The notes: generated by a model not told the origin, from the sequence alone. A DNA stretch of 64,000 bases from an uncultured Desulfobacter sp. (GCA_963665095.1 OY762069.1:4672001-4736000); one strand, 5' to 3'. Numbered from the stretch's first letter, positions 39,307-49,434 are shown. Translations and numbers: made by a program.

Positions 39307-39957
39307 TTGGACTTTGGTGATGTTATTTCTCTGATCGTATTTCTGATATTTATTGTGTCGCCGTTTTTAAAGAGAAAAAAGAAAAAGGCCTCTGGGGCCG
39401 GGCAATCAGGCCGGCGCCGGCCCTCTCTTTTTTCACAACTTGGTGATGCGTTGAAGGACGCCGCCAGAGAGCTGGAAAAGCAGGCGGAACTGGCCCGTAA
39501 AAAAGAGGCCTTGAAACAGGGACATTCCCCCCGGGCGCGGGAAGGCAGGCAGCTTGCCCGGGACGGGGAAAAGGTTCCTGCTCAGACCTTCTGGGATGAC
39601 ATCGATGACAGGGAATCACAGGACCGGAACGATGCGGATTCTCATCACCCTGACAAGGTAACAGTCCAGATTCGTGCCGGGGAAAAAGACCCCGAATCTG
39701 TCAATGAGAAACGTGTTATTAAACCTTTCAAAAAAGAGTCCCATAGGAAAGCTCCCCGGATACCGGATATAAGGGAGACAAAAGGTACATCCCCTTCATC
39801 ATCCGTGAAAGGCGTTATGGGGCCTGCCCGTCCCCGCTTTAATTATAGACGGTTGCCGGCCCAAACCCTTGGGCTTCAAAAGGCCGTGATCTGGTCGGAA
39901 ATCCTGGGAAGACCGGTTGCTCTGAGAGACCAGAACTCCCTGGGCCGGCATTTCTAA
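39307..39957 (+). CDS. YqfB-like membrane-anchored hypothetical protein
   Basis: N-terminal TM and C-terminal LQKAVIWSEILGRPVALR motif typical of the gene following floA. Confidence 0.75.
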   Translation: MDFGDVISLIVFLIFIVSPFLKRKKKKASGAGQSGRRRPSLFSQLGDALKDAARELEKQAELARKKEALKQGHSPRAREGRQLARDGEKVPAQTFWDDIDDRESQDRNDADSHHPDKVTVQIRAGEKDPESVNEKRVIKPFKKESHRKAPRIPDIRETKGTSPSSSVKGVMGPARPRFNYRRLPAQTLGLQKAVIWSEILGRPVALRDQNSLGRHF

Positions 39958-40054
39958 AATACCGGTGGGTTTTCTGATATAAGCTGTTAAATTACTTTTA
40001 TATTCTGTTGTGGGCTGGCCTCAGGCGGTGATAGAACAGGTCAGCCCACGGCTG

Positions 40055-40420
40055 TTATTTTTGTATTTTATCCAGGTTTAAAAACGGCAGTGGAGTGGTG
40101 GTGTTGGGATCCAGTATGATCAAATGGTTGCCGTTTTGGAGCTCTTTGAGAACATTCATGCTTTCAAGTTTCAGGTACCCTTCCAGGCTGACGGCCTCAA
40201 TGATTTTGCGTTTGGCAGCCGCTTCTGCTTCAGCGCGCACAAGAATGGACTTGGCCTCAATGCGGGCCGCTTCCAGCTGGGCATTGGCACCAATGAGCAT
40301 CACTTCTTTTTTCTTGTTTGCCTGGATCAGTTCGGCTTTTTTTTCAGCCTCGGCCTGGGCCTCCTTGCGTTCCTGGTCCACCCTGAATTTTTTCAGCTCT
40401 TCCTTCCCTTGTATCACAAC
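40055..40420 (-). pseudogene. C-terminal fragment of a probable SPFH/prohibitin-family gene
   Basis: EA-rich coiled coil (QERKEAQAEAEKKAE...RAEAEAAAKRKI) and IILDP...PLPFLNL tail; no own start, joined out of frame to the MocR gene end. Confidence 0.55.
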
Positions 40421-41858
40421 CGGGCTGCGGATCCATCTGGTACACCAGCCCGCCAATCTGCCTGATCGCTTCCTCAGTCTGTTCATTCCAGACCCCGCCG
40501 TACCCAATGCGGATATACCGGTGAAAAACGTTTATACTGGAGCAAAGAAAGCCGGGAAGGATTGAAATGCCCAGCTTTCTTGCTTCAAAAAAGAGTGTCC
40601 GGCCATGGCAGCCCTCGGGCAGTTCGATCCAGAGGCTTAAGCCTCCTGAGGGAGAGGTCATCCGTATTGAGGGCGGAAAGTATTTGTAAACAGCTGTTCT
40701 ACAGTACTGACTCTGTTCCCTTAATGTTCGCCTGAGGCGGCGCAGATGGCGCTGGAAGGTGCCCTCTTTCAGATAGCTGGCTATAAGGGCCTGGTTCAAA
40801 GTGGGGGAAATCAGGGAGCGATTCAGTTTCATTCGCTTGATACGGCTTTTAAACCGGCCCGGTATGACCCATCCCACCATCAGGCCCGGTGCCAGAACCT
40901 TTGAAAAGGAGGCGCAATACAGTATATTGTCCCGGGTATCCCACTTTTTTAACGGATTGGGCCGCATTGCCCCAAAGTACAAGTCTCCGCTGACATCATT
41001 ATCAATAATGGGGATCTGCTTTTCCCCCAGCAGAGCGACGATTTTCTGCTTGCGCTCGTCCGGCATGATAAAACCCAGGGGATTCTGGCAGTTTACGTTG
41101 AGCAGGCACGCCGCGATTTTCTGCTGATTTACCAGGGTTTCAAGCCGGTCCGGGTTGATCCCGAGGCCGGGATCCGCGGGGACCTCCAGGGCATACAGCC
41201 CATTGTCGCTGAGCATTCGCCGGATAAAAGGATCAGAAGGCGATTCCAGTGCAATGGTATCTCCGGGATTTGCCACGGCCTTCAGGCTGAGGCTTAAGGC
41301 CTCAGTGCATCCATTCGTAATGATAATATCCTCCATGGACAGGTCCGGGATAAAGGGAAAAAGCAGGTTGGAAATCTGGTGCCTGAGCTGTTCATCCCCC
41401 TGGGGATGGGCATATCCGGCAATCACCTTTGGCACCTGGGTCTTTGAAAAGGATTTGAGATGGGCGTGGAGCCGTTTGACCGGCAGGTGCTCCGGAGCCA
41501 CAGCAATAGACCCCAGTTTTAATATCTCAGGATCGCCCATATCCCGGGTGAGGATATATACAAGGTTGTCCAGACTGATTTTTCCCGGCTCCATTTCATG
41601 GCGGATGATTCTTGGGCTCGGTCTGAGCCGCTCCGGGTTGGGCTTGATAAAATACCCTGACCTGTCCCGGGATTCCACCACCCCTCTTTTTTCAAGTTCC
41701 ACATAAGCCTGGATTACCGTTGTCATACTGTAACCGGTGGTCCGGCACAGAGCCCTGAGGGAAGGCAGCTTTTCAGAAATCCGATACCCGCCGTTTTTAA
41801 TCTGCCGCTGAATCTGGTCTGCCAGGTCTTTATAAAAGAATTTTTTTTTATCTGCCAT
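40344..41858 (-). CDS. MocR/GabR-family regulator (GntR HTH + PLP aminotransferase domain)
   Basis: KLPSLRAL...SMTTVIQAYVELEKRG, TNGCTEAL, SFSKVLAPG; aberrant C-terminal tail. Confidence 0.92.
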   Translation of the reverse strand: MADKKKFFYKDLADQIQRQIKNGGYRISEKLPSLRALCRTTGYSMTTVIQAYVELEKRGVVESRDRSGYFIKPNPERLRPSPRIIRHEMEPGKISLDNLVYILTRDMGDPEILKLGSIAVAPEHLPVKRLHAHLKSFSKTQVPKVIAGYAHPQGDEQLRHQISNLLFPFIPDLSMEDIIITNGCTEALSLSLKAVANPGDTIALESPSDPFIRRMLSDNGLYALEVPADPGLGINPDRLETLVNQQKIAACLLNVNCQNPLGFIMPDERKQKIVALLGEKQIPIIDNDVSGDLYFGAMRPNPLKKWDTRDNILYCASFSKVLAPGLMVGWVIPGRFKSRIKRMKLNRSLISPTLNQALIASYLKEGTFQRHLRRLRRTLREQSQYCRTAVYKYFPPSIRMTSPSGGLSLWIELPEGCHGRTLFFEARKLGISILPGFLCSSINVFHRYIRIGYGGVWNEQTEEAIRQIGGLVYQMDPQPGCDTREGRAEKIQGGPGTQGGPGRG

Positions 41859-41968
41859 ATCATCTGCTATTGTTTTTTATTGTATCTTCTGTATCTGTCC
41901 TCTTTTTCTGAATTCAACTATATTATTTTACAGGTAATCCCCAATATTGTTTTGTAAAGGAGGAAACA

Positions 41969-42163
41969 ATGACAAAATACTGTTTTAACATTATGCAGTA
42001 CATGCTGGCCGGTGAAGAGTCAAGACTCGGCTTCCAGGATTACTGGAAAAACGGTTTTCTGGCCCGACACACCAATGCCGGCCGAACCTGCCTGGAAGCG
42101 ACCAAGACGGTGTTTCTGATGACTCTTTATTTTGCTGTTGCCAAAGGAATCACTCTTCTGTAA
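41969..42163 (+). CDS. Small protein divergent from the MocR regulator
   Basis: Strong RBS AAAGGAGG before the ATG; hydrophobic C-terminus; followed by a hairpin. Confidence 0.75.
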   Translation: MTKYCFNIMQYMLAGEESRLGFQDYWKNGFLARHTNAGRTCLEATKTVFLMTLYFAVAKGITLL

Positions 42164-42184
42164 TAGTTTGATTTTTTTGATAAA

Positions 42185-42240
42185 AAAGGTCCGGGTGTCG
42201 TCTGTTACCTGTTCTAAGCTTCAGACATGCCCGGACCTTT
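42185..42240 (+). terminator. Probable terminator between convergent genes
   Basis: AAAGGTCCGGG...CCCGGACCTTT inverted repeat. Confidence 0.6.
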
Positions 42241-42269
42241 ATTTTAACTTCTCCTGTTAAACGTCCAAT

Positions 42270-43427
42270 TTATATCATGTTAAACCGGTTGAGATAGAAG
42301 CTGAAACGCTTTTTTTCCAGGTCCGGATCCATTCCCAGTTCAGCTGCATCGCAGACGTGACTGCCGAATTTGGAACGGGGATTATCCCGCAGCCAGACAA
42401 GCAACCGCTTTTGGATCGTCGGGCTGAAGGGAAGATCAAAATGTTTGTATATTTTTTTCATAGATCCCACGGGATCTCTGCTCAGATCAGTGTGAAACAG
42501 ATCAACGACCTGGTTTGTTTCTAATTTGTCCCGAATCGTTAAGGCCCGCTTAAGTCCCCTGGCCCATAGAGCAGGATACCAATTCGCTATGGCCGGGATA
42601 TTCACCTGTCCGGTAGTGACTTGAGTCCAAAGGGAAACCATGCTGACGCCCGACACCATCGCTTTAAATGGATCCCGGTGGGTAAATACAATTCTGGCAT
42701 CCGGATAGGTCTTCAAAAGGGGTTCCAGGCCAAACAGGTGAATGGGCGCTTTGAGTACCCAGCGTTCATTGGGCAGTTTCCACTGGAAAATCTGTAGCAG
42801 GCGCTTGTGCCAGGCATAGGCCTGGGTCATGTCACAATCCCCCACCCAATTACCGTGACCGAACAGGCTGGAGCCGGCACTCCAACCGACATGGACAAAT
42901 TCATGGGCCATGAGGTTCTGACATTCCGCTGTGCCCAGAGCCATGAAATTAATACCGTTGATCCCCCGCAGTTCAGGTGCCATTGAGAACAACCCTTCCA
43001 TGGCGTCATGCCCTGCCTGGATACGGGGATCAGGTTCACGGGGCATCAGGGGTGGTGGTGGACAGACAGCACCGGAAGATTCAAAATTTCTCAGAAATCG
43101 GGACGACGGGTCCAGTGCCATGAGGGTCTGGGTAATGGTGGTGCCGGTTCTGGGCAGTCCCACGATAAAAACCGGGGCCTTTATCTCTTCCTTCTGAATT
43201 TCAGGATATTTTTTTATTAACCGGGTGACCTGCAGCCGGTTGACAAGTATCTGAGTGATAATCTGCTGAAAATACCCGGCAGTGCCTTCAGCCAGATCCA
43301 GATCATTGTTAAGGGAATTGATCAGTGCCTCAAGGCCCGGTTTAAACGTGTCGCCCCCGAAATCCTCCAGGCCGGATGTCTTAACAGCATTTTCAATAAA
43401 TGGTTGTGATACCAACTTAATCCCCAT
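42270..43427 (-). CDS. Sulfotransferase family protein
   Basis: PVFIVGLPRTGTT PAPS-binding loop, WVLKAPIH, THRDP. Confidence 0.9.
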   Translation of the reverse strand: MGIKLVSQPFIENAVKTSGLEDFGGDTFKPGLEALINSLNNDLDLAEGTAGYFQQIITQILVNRLQVTRLIKKYPEIQKEEIKAPVFIVGLPRTGTTITQTLMALDPSSRFLRNFESSGAVCPPPPLMPREPDPRIQAGHDAMEGLFSMAPELRGINGINFMALGTAECQNLMAHEFVHVGWSAGSSLFGHGNWVGDCDMTQAYAWHKRLLQIFQWKLPNERWVLKAPIHLFGLEPLLKTYPDARIVFTHRDPFKAMVSGVSMVSLWTQVTTGQVNIPAIANWYPALWARGLKRALTIRDKLETNQVVDLFHTDLSRDPVGSMKKIYKHFDLPFSPTIQKRLLVWLRDNPRSKFGSHVCDAAELGMDPDLEKKRFSFYLNRFNMI

Positions 43428-44070
43428 GGGTGTCCTCCTTTTTGATGTTGTTTCTTACCGCCTCAATGCCCCCCAAAGAAAATTCATACACATGAGCGGC
43501 CCATTGTTCATATCTTTCACCCGCCGAATAATCCGGAAACAGCCGGGAAAAAACCGGCCATGCAAAACTGTAGTAGAGCAGTTGTCCGGCAACTGACACC
43601 AGGCAGTCCCGGGCCATGTCATCCGTTGCATTTTCCCCCAGAAGGTCCCGGAACATTTTTAAATGCCGCTTGATTCTGGGCCGGTTGTATATATCCACCA
43701 GGTTTTCGATAAATGGTGAGGGCTGGGTCATCTCGGCAAGAAAAATGGATGTAATATCTGAGGCAAAAGCATTGTTTTTGTAGAGCATGGCGCAGAAATT
43801 TGAAATCATTGACCCGAGTTGCTCCCGGGGTGCTTTTTTGTCCCATTCCTCCTGGTCAAAGCGGTCATATTCAGAGAAGATGGCATCCAGAATTTTGCGG
43901 TACAGTTTTTCTTTGGATCCAAAATAATAATTGACTGCATTAATGTTGGCAGTCCCTGCTAGTTTGCAAATTTCCCTCACCGTGGCGTCGCGATATCCCT
44001 TATCCGCAAATACCTTGATTCCTGCATCGAATAGTTTTTTTTGGGTTTGTTTTGATATTATTTCCGGCAT
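43417..44070 (-). CDS. TetR-family regulator (CerR/DUF1956-like C-terminus)
   Basis: FADKGYRDATVREIC...VNYYFGSKEKLY HTH. Confidence 0.92.
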   Translation of the reverse strand: MPEIISKQTQKKLFDAGIKVFADKGYRDATVREICKLAGTANINAVNYYFGSKEKLYRKILDAIFSEYDRFDQEEWDKKAPREQLGSMISNFCAMLYKNNAFASDITSIFLAEMTQPSPFIENLVDIYNRPRIKRHLKMFRDLLGENATDDMARDCLVSVAGQLLYYSFAWPVFSRLFPDYSAGERYEQWAAHVYEFSLGGIEAVRNNIKKEDTHGD

Positions 44071-44094
44071 ATGAATGATCCTTTTATATATATT

Positions 44095-44130
44095 TTAATA
44101 CGATGGTATTAATTAATACGGTTGTATTAA
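44095..44130. promoter_or_regulatory. Tandem TetR-type operators
   Basis: Two adjacent 18-bp palindromes TTAATAC-N4-GTATTAA, next to a minus-strand TTGACA at 44133-44138. Confidence 0.75.
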
Positions 44131-44240
44131 GGTGTCAAGCCGGGAAATCAAATTATAAATATTTAAAAACATATCAGGTTGGTACGGTACGGAAGATAAA
44201 TAAGATTGACTTTAATTTTGTATCAGACTAATTTTTGATC

Positions 44241-44669
44241 ATGTATTACGAAACCGACATGATTGTCTCTCTGATTTCCCGTATCAAGGAAGATGTCGAC
44301 AGGTTTATTCTATCTGAACTGGCTGCCCGGAATATTCAAGGCCTCAAACCTGTTCACGGGGATCTTTTACTGGCGCTTTTCACCCATGAAAAACCCACGA
44401 TGAAAGATCTGACAACCCTTGTGGGCCGCACGAAATCCACAGTTACCACCTTGGTGGAAAAGCTGGTCCGCCTTGGGTATGTAACCAGGACAAAGGATAC
44501 TGCAGACTCAAGGGTGTTCAGAGTGTCATTGACCCCTGAGGGGTTGGCTCTAAAGCCACATCTGGTTGAGATCAGCCGTCGTCTGGTTGACCAGGTTTAC
44601 AAAGATTTACCCATGGCAGACAGGATTCAGTTGACCCGGGGCCTGAAAAAAATCGTTGAAAACTGGTAA
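44241..44669 (+). CDS. MarR-family regulator
   Basis: PTMKDL...KSTVTTLVEKLVRLGYVTR...DSRVFRVSLTPEG. Confidence 0.9.
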   Translation: MYYETDMIVSLISRIKEDVDRFILSELAARNIQGLKPVHGDLLLALFTHEKPTMKDLTTLVGRTKSTVTTLVEKLVRLGYVTRTKDTADSRVFRVSLTPEGLALKPHLVEISRRLVDQVYKDLPMADRIQLTRGLKKIVENW

Positions 44670-44916
44670 AAAAGTTTTTCAAATAACTTGATACTGGACT
44701 TTGTTTGAGATAGACATTTCGCCCAAAAACAGCCTTATGGTCAAACGGTGAGCCTGTCGTGACCGATTCTTCTATCTGGCTTTTACCTGAGCTTGCGATG
44801 ATAACAAAACGGCGATAACGCCACGAATTATTTAGATCCCCTGAACAGGGTTGGTTTTATACTCACCAGTCAAATTTTCGTTTGATGGTCACTATATGTT
44901 ATTAAAATTTATAGAA

Positions 44917-46260
44917 TTAAAAGGCTCTTGAGGTTTCCTTAATCAGTGGCTTGAGCTGCTCACCGATTTTCAGAACGGCTTCAGGCTCCAGTCCGAGATA
45001 TTTTAGGGATGAAAGAGCTGACAGCCTTTGGATAATTTTAGTGCGATCCTCTTTTTCCTCAGCCTGCCCAGCATCTTCTGCCCCTTCCTGTCCGGCCCCT
45101 TCCGTGTAGGCATCGTCTTTTTTAACAAAAAAGGAAAATCCCAGCTCCCCGGCCAGCTCGTCGGCAAGGCAAATGATAAGCATATTCTGGTCCGCATCTT
45201 CTTCAAAGTCTCTCCAGTGGTGAAATTCGGCCATATGGACAATATGTCTGGAAAAATGCATTTTTTTCAGCAAAACCCCGCCAAAGGTGGTGTGAATTTC
45301 ATGAATGGCAAGCTGCAGATTCCTGTCCGTGACCGCCACATCCGGATACATATCCACAAACGCTTTCATGAGAAGCATTTTGCCGATATCATGCACCAGG
45401 CCGATCAAATAAATAGTATCCAGGTTTTCCAGGCCTTTTTCCTCTGCCAGTCGCTTTGCCAGGGTTGCCACGGCAAAGGAGTGAAGCCACAGCCGGTCCA
45501 TCTCGCTCTTTAGCGCTTCATCATCTGAGTTAAACAGGTTTCTGGCTGCCAGTGCAGAACATACGCCTAGTGTGTGTTTCATTCCCAGCCTGACCAGGGC
45601 GGCTGTCAGGCTTTCCACATCATCCAGGGATTTGTATAACGGTGAGTTGGCAATATTTACCAGCTTGGTGGAGATGATAAGATCTTTTTCCACAATTTTT
45701 GCCAGATCATCAATGGAGGGGTCTGTGCCGGCCACCAGCTCCTCCACTTCCTTTACAATGCTGGGAAATACCGGCAGCACAATTTTGTCTGAATAGAACC
45801 GGTTGATGATCTCTGCCACGCCGGCTGTATGTGACATGCCGTTTTCGTCACTCTTTACGGCATCCTTGAGATCAAAACCCAGTTTCCCTAAACCCTGGAG
45901 CAACTGGGCCTGGCTGACCGGTTTCGTCAGATAGCCATTGCATCCGCGTTTGATGCAGGCATTGATAGTGCCTATATTCATCCGGGCGGTCACCATGAGA
46001 ATTTTAACCTGTTCAGCCTTGGGCACATTGTTATCTGCTTCCTTTTTCCGGATATGCTCAAGAAGTTCCTGGCCGTTCATGCCGGGCATGGAGACATCAA
46101 GGGTAACGATATCAAAAGGGGCGTTCTCTTCTTCTGCTGCCGCCATGGCTGCCAACGCCTCTTTCGCGCTGTTGACAGCCACGCAGGTGCCAATGGGTTT
46201 CATTTTTGACACCAGAATTTTTCTGGAGATGTTTTCGTCATCCACGATGAGGATTTTCAT
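44917..46260 (-). CDS. Response regulator receiver + HDOD domain protein
   Basis: ILIVDDE, TLDVSMPGMNG, YLTKP; then LPVFP...IANSPLY...GLVHDIGK. Confidence 0.92.
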   Translation of the reverse strand: MKILIVDDENISRKILVSKMKPIGTCVAVNSAKEALAAMAAAEEENAPFDIVTLDVSMPGMNGQELLEHIRKKEADNNVPKAEQVKILMVTARMNIGTINACIKRGCNGYLTKPVSQAQLLQGLGKLGFDLKDAVKSDENGMSHTAGVAEIINRFYSDKIVLPVFPSIVKEVEELVAGTDPSIDDLAKIVEKDLIISTKLVNIANSPLYKSLDDVESLTAALVRLGMKHTLGVCSALAARNLFNSDDEALKSEMDRLWLHSFAVATLAKRLAEEKGLENLDTIYLIGLVHDIGKMLLMKAFVDMYPDVAVTDRNLQLAIHEIHTTFGGVLLKKMHFSRHIVHMAEFHHWRDFEEDADQNMLIICLADELAGELGFSFFVKKDDAYTEGAGQEGAEDAGQAEEKEDRTKIIQRLSALSSLKYLGLEPEAVLKIGEQLKPLIKETSRAF

Positions 46261-49200
46261 TGAACCCTCCCTAAACGTTGGTCAATCACAGGAATGTCAT
46301 CCATGACATCCGTACCTTTTTCACTCGGGCCTTCCAGTATCACGGCCTGGGCGGTTTTTCCGTCCACCAGAATTTTTACCGGCCTGTCAAACCGGATATG
46401 TTTCAGATACCGGGTCGTGGTGGTGCAGTTCTGGCATTGGAAATACGCATAATCTATAAAATCAGGACCTCTGTCCTGTACGGTAATATAAGAGATACCC
46501 AGGGAGGTGATGTTCTGGAAAAAATGGGAACCCTGGGACGGGTCTGCCTTGATGCTTTCAATGGTCGTTTCCACCATCACCCCGACATTTGAAATATCGT
46601 TCCATACCACAGGAATACCCAGCCACCGGTCCGCAGACCCCCATCGTCCGGGGCCGATCAGGACATATTTTTTATCGGTATTATTGAACATGGCGTTGAT
46701 TTTATTGATTTCCTTTGCCATTTCAACCGTTTTTTCAGCCTCAAAGGTCTGCGGGTCCACATAAACAATATCGCAGATATCTTTGTATTCACCGTTGCCA
46801 AGGGAGAGGGTGGAGTGGCAGAAGGCCTGTTCTATATCTTCTTTGGTTATTTTTACCCCCAGGTTCTGTTTATACTGTCCCATGGGTCGGATCTGCAGTA
46901 AGGAAAATTCAGGACGGTCGCCGGATCCGGGAAACGGCAGGGTTACAGCAAATTCCACTTCCACGGAGGTGCCCATCCAGCGGGCCCCCATGGCGGTTAC
47001 CTCGCTTAATATCCGGGCCAGGGGAAAGGTTTCGTACTTAAGGATATTGGCAAAGGTAAGGACGGGAAACCCCTTGTCGGAAAACCGGTCCCGGATGCGG
47101 TTGTCCTGCATGTGAAAGGTGGAAGACAAAAACTGCACCGCAGGATGATCCTTGGCATCACAGATGTCAAGTTTTGCCAGACAGGGGTCTTCAGCCCCGC
47201 CGAAAAAGTGTTCAAGGTCAGGAAATTCATCCATTTTAAGCGCGTAAAAATATTTTTGAGAATTTTCCAGAATGTCGTTCACAATGGAAAACTGGGGCAG
47301 AAACTGGGGATATTTCGGGCAGAAACGTAAGGTTTTGCCGCCGTCCATGACAATTTTGCCAAGGCCCAGCGCAATGTAGGAAATGCCTTCTTCCGCTTTC
47401 AGATGGGAGATGGGGTAGAAGTTATAGGACTGGGCCACCCCGGATATGGCAGGGTAGAAGCAGTCTTTATACCGGGAACCAGTCACCTGCTGAAGAACCA
47501 CGGCCATCTCCTCGTCCTCGGTCCGGTGCATGGTGGAACGGGCATAGGATCTCGGGGCTTTAAGATAGGTGGAGGCATACACCAGCTTGACTGCCATGAT
47601 CAGCCGCTCCAGGCGGTTTTCAAAGCTGGGATCTGAATTGGGCAGCATAAAGGTTTTATAAAGCCCTGCAAAGGGCTGATAATGGGCATCTTCAAACAGG
47701 GATGACGACCTGACCGCAATGGGATAATGGACATTTTGAAGATAGGCCTTAAGGTTTATTTTTAACACCCGGGGCAGCTTTGCCGCAAGAAAGTGGGCCA
47801 CCACCTGTTCGTCTTCCAGATCCCCCTCCTGTTCCAGGAGCAGGGCCAGATCATTTTCTTCAATAAAAAGTTTAAAGGCGTCCGTGGCAATGACAAAGGT
47901 CTGGGGGATAGTGATGTCCACATCTGGAAATTTTTTGCTCAGTGAGTGGTCCAGATCCATCTGATGGGACATAAACGCAAGGCCCCTGGCCTTTCCACCC
48001 AGAGACCCGGTTCCGATTTTCATGAAATCAGTATCCAGATCAAATTTTTCCGAATCAAATTCAATGACCAGACCCTGGCTGGATCCTTTGCGCCGGGACC
48101 GGATGCAGTCTGCCAGAAAACGCTTAAGTTCGGAAGGATCAGGGAAATCTTCCACCGTATAGGGTTTCAGGCTTAATGCAAAATCAATTTCACTTCTGGC
48201 CATGAGCCATCTTGAGAAGTCATTGTGCCTGGCATGGTGGATAATGGATTCATCCGGGATGTCCGGAAGCAGTTTTTCCACAGCTCTCAGATTGGAGGCC
48301 CTGGCAATTTCACGGTTATCCGGCATGCGGAATACAAACGCACCAAACCCCAGTGAACTGACGAAAAAAGATTTGATCTGGTCATGAAGGTTGTTTGAAT
48401 TTTTATTGATGAACTGGGCCGGTATGGATGCGGCAATCTCACGGGCATCCTCTTCCGTACTCAGGATCAGGACCGGCAGATCCGGGATTTCCGACTTGAT
48501 CCGGGTTAACAGTTTCTGGCCGGCATGGGAATCCTCCCTGCCGTTTATGGGGTAGCGCATGTCCGTTAATACGCTTAACACATAGGGCCTGTACCGTTCA
48601 AACAGACCCATGGCCTGATCAAAATCATGGGCCACAAGGATTTTCGGCCGACCCCTCATTTTTAAAAGCCGGTGTTCTTCATTGATGGAGTCATCCATCA
48701 CGGACTGGGTCTGTATAACGATCTGCTTATACAGAACAGATAAAAGGGAAGAGTAATGGTAGGGAGAATCCTCCACCACAATGATGACCCGGACCTGGGC
48801 ATTCTGGGTGTCAAAGGCCACATTTTCTTCATCCTCAAAATTTTTTACAATGGCCAGTAAAAGGTCGGCATTCCCGCCCCAGATATAGGTGCGGTCCACA
48901 GCGGTTTCCTGATTTGTGTTGACAAACTGGTTTATATCGCAGGTATTGTGGAGCAACAGATAAAAGGGCAGGTCGCTGTATTTTTCCTTTACCTGTCTGC
49001 CGAATGCATAGACATCCATGCCGTCCAGGCTGGGCATGGCAAGGATCAGGTCAAAGTGTTTTGTTTCAAGCAGGTCAAACGCTTCCAGGGCAGAGGATGC
49101 CCAGGTCAGCTTCGGGGGCTTGGACAGGTTCAGCCCTTTGTATTCATTGATAATGCGATTTGACAGCCTGCCTTCCTCTTCCATAATAAAGGCATCATAC

Positions 49201-49295
49201 GGGCTGGACACCAGGAGGATGTCCGCCACTTTATAGGCCATCAGTTCATGGTAAATTTTTATGGATGGCGCATCAATACTTTCGTCTGTTTTCAT
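46257..49295 (-). CDS. PEP/pyruvate-binding (PPDK N-terminal-like) domain protein with receiver-like N-terminal domains
   Basis: DILLVSSPYDAFIMEEEG, GSLGGKARGLAF, AVRSSSLFED, LLQIRPM, GPGRWGS, SQGSHFFQN. Confidence 0.88.
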   Translation of the reverse strand: MKTDESIDAPSIKIYHELMAYKVADILLVSSPYDAFIMEEEGRLSNRIINEYKGLNLSKPPKLTWASSALEAFDLLETKHFDLILAMPSLDGMDVYAFGRQVKEKYSDLPFYLLLHNTCDINQFVNTNQETAVDRTYIWGGNADLLLAIVKNFEDEENVAFDTQNAQVRVIIVVEDSPYHYSSLLSVLYKQIVIQTQSVMDDSINEEHRLLKMRGRPKILVAHDFDQAMGLFERYRPYVLSVLTDMRYPINGREDSHAGQKLLTRIKSEIPDLPVLILSTEEDAREIAASIPAQFINKNSNNLHDQIKSFFVSSLGFGAFVFRMPDNREIARASNLRAVEKLLPDIPDESIIHHARHNDFSRWLMARSEIDFALSLKPYTVEDFPDPSELKRFLADCIRSRRKGSSQGLVIEFDSEKFDLDTDFMKIGTGSLGGKARGLAFMSHQMDLDHSLSKKFPDVDITIPQTFVIATDAFKLFIEENDLALLLEQEGDLEDEQVVAHFLAAKLPRVLKINLKAYLQNVHYPIAVRSSSLFEDAHYQPFAGLYKTFMLPNSDPSFENRLERLIMAVKLVYASTYLKAPRSYARSTMHRTEDEEMAVVLQQVTGSRYKDCFYPAISGVAQSYNFYPISHLKAEEGISYIALGLGKIVMDGGKTLRFCPKYPQFLPQFSIVNDILENSQKYFYALKMDEFPDLEHFFGGAEDPCLAKLDICDAKDHPAVQFLSSTFHMQDNRIRDRFSDKGFPVLTFANILKYETFPLARILSEVTAMGARWMGTSVEVEFAVTLPFPGSGDRPEFSLLQIRPMGQYKQNLGVKITKEDIEQAFCHSTLSLGNGEYKDICDIVYVDPQTFEAEKTVEMAKEINKINAMFNNTDKKYVLIGPGRWGSADRWLGIPVVWNDISNVGVMVETTIESIKADPSQGSHFFQNITSLGISYITVQDRGPDFIDYAYFQCQNCTTTTRYLKHIRFDRPVKILVDGKTAQAVILEGPSEKGTDVMDDIPVIDQRLGRVQ

Positions 49296-49434
49296 GAATT
49301 AACCCGGAAGTAAGGGGTGAAATTATTTTTAATATACCCGGAATGCCGAACAGGTGTCAAATTTCTGATTCATCATCAACGCACCGGGTTTTGCAATGCC
49401 TTCCCAATTAAGGATGAATTCGCTGGCATGAGAC

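Noticed and set aside
44670..44916. Possible gene fragment or ncRNA between marR and the REC-HDOD gene
   Set aside because: An open minus-strand frame exists but has no clear start, motif or stable structure
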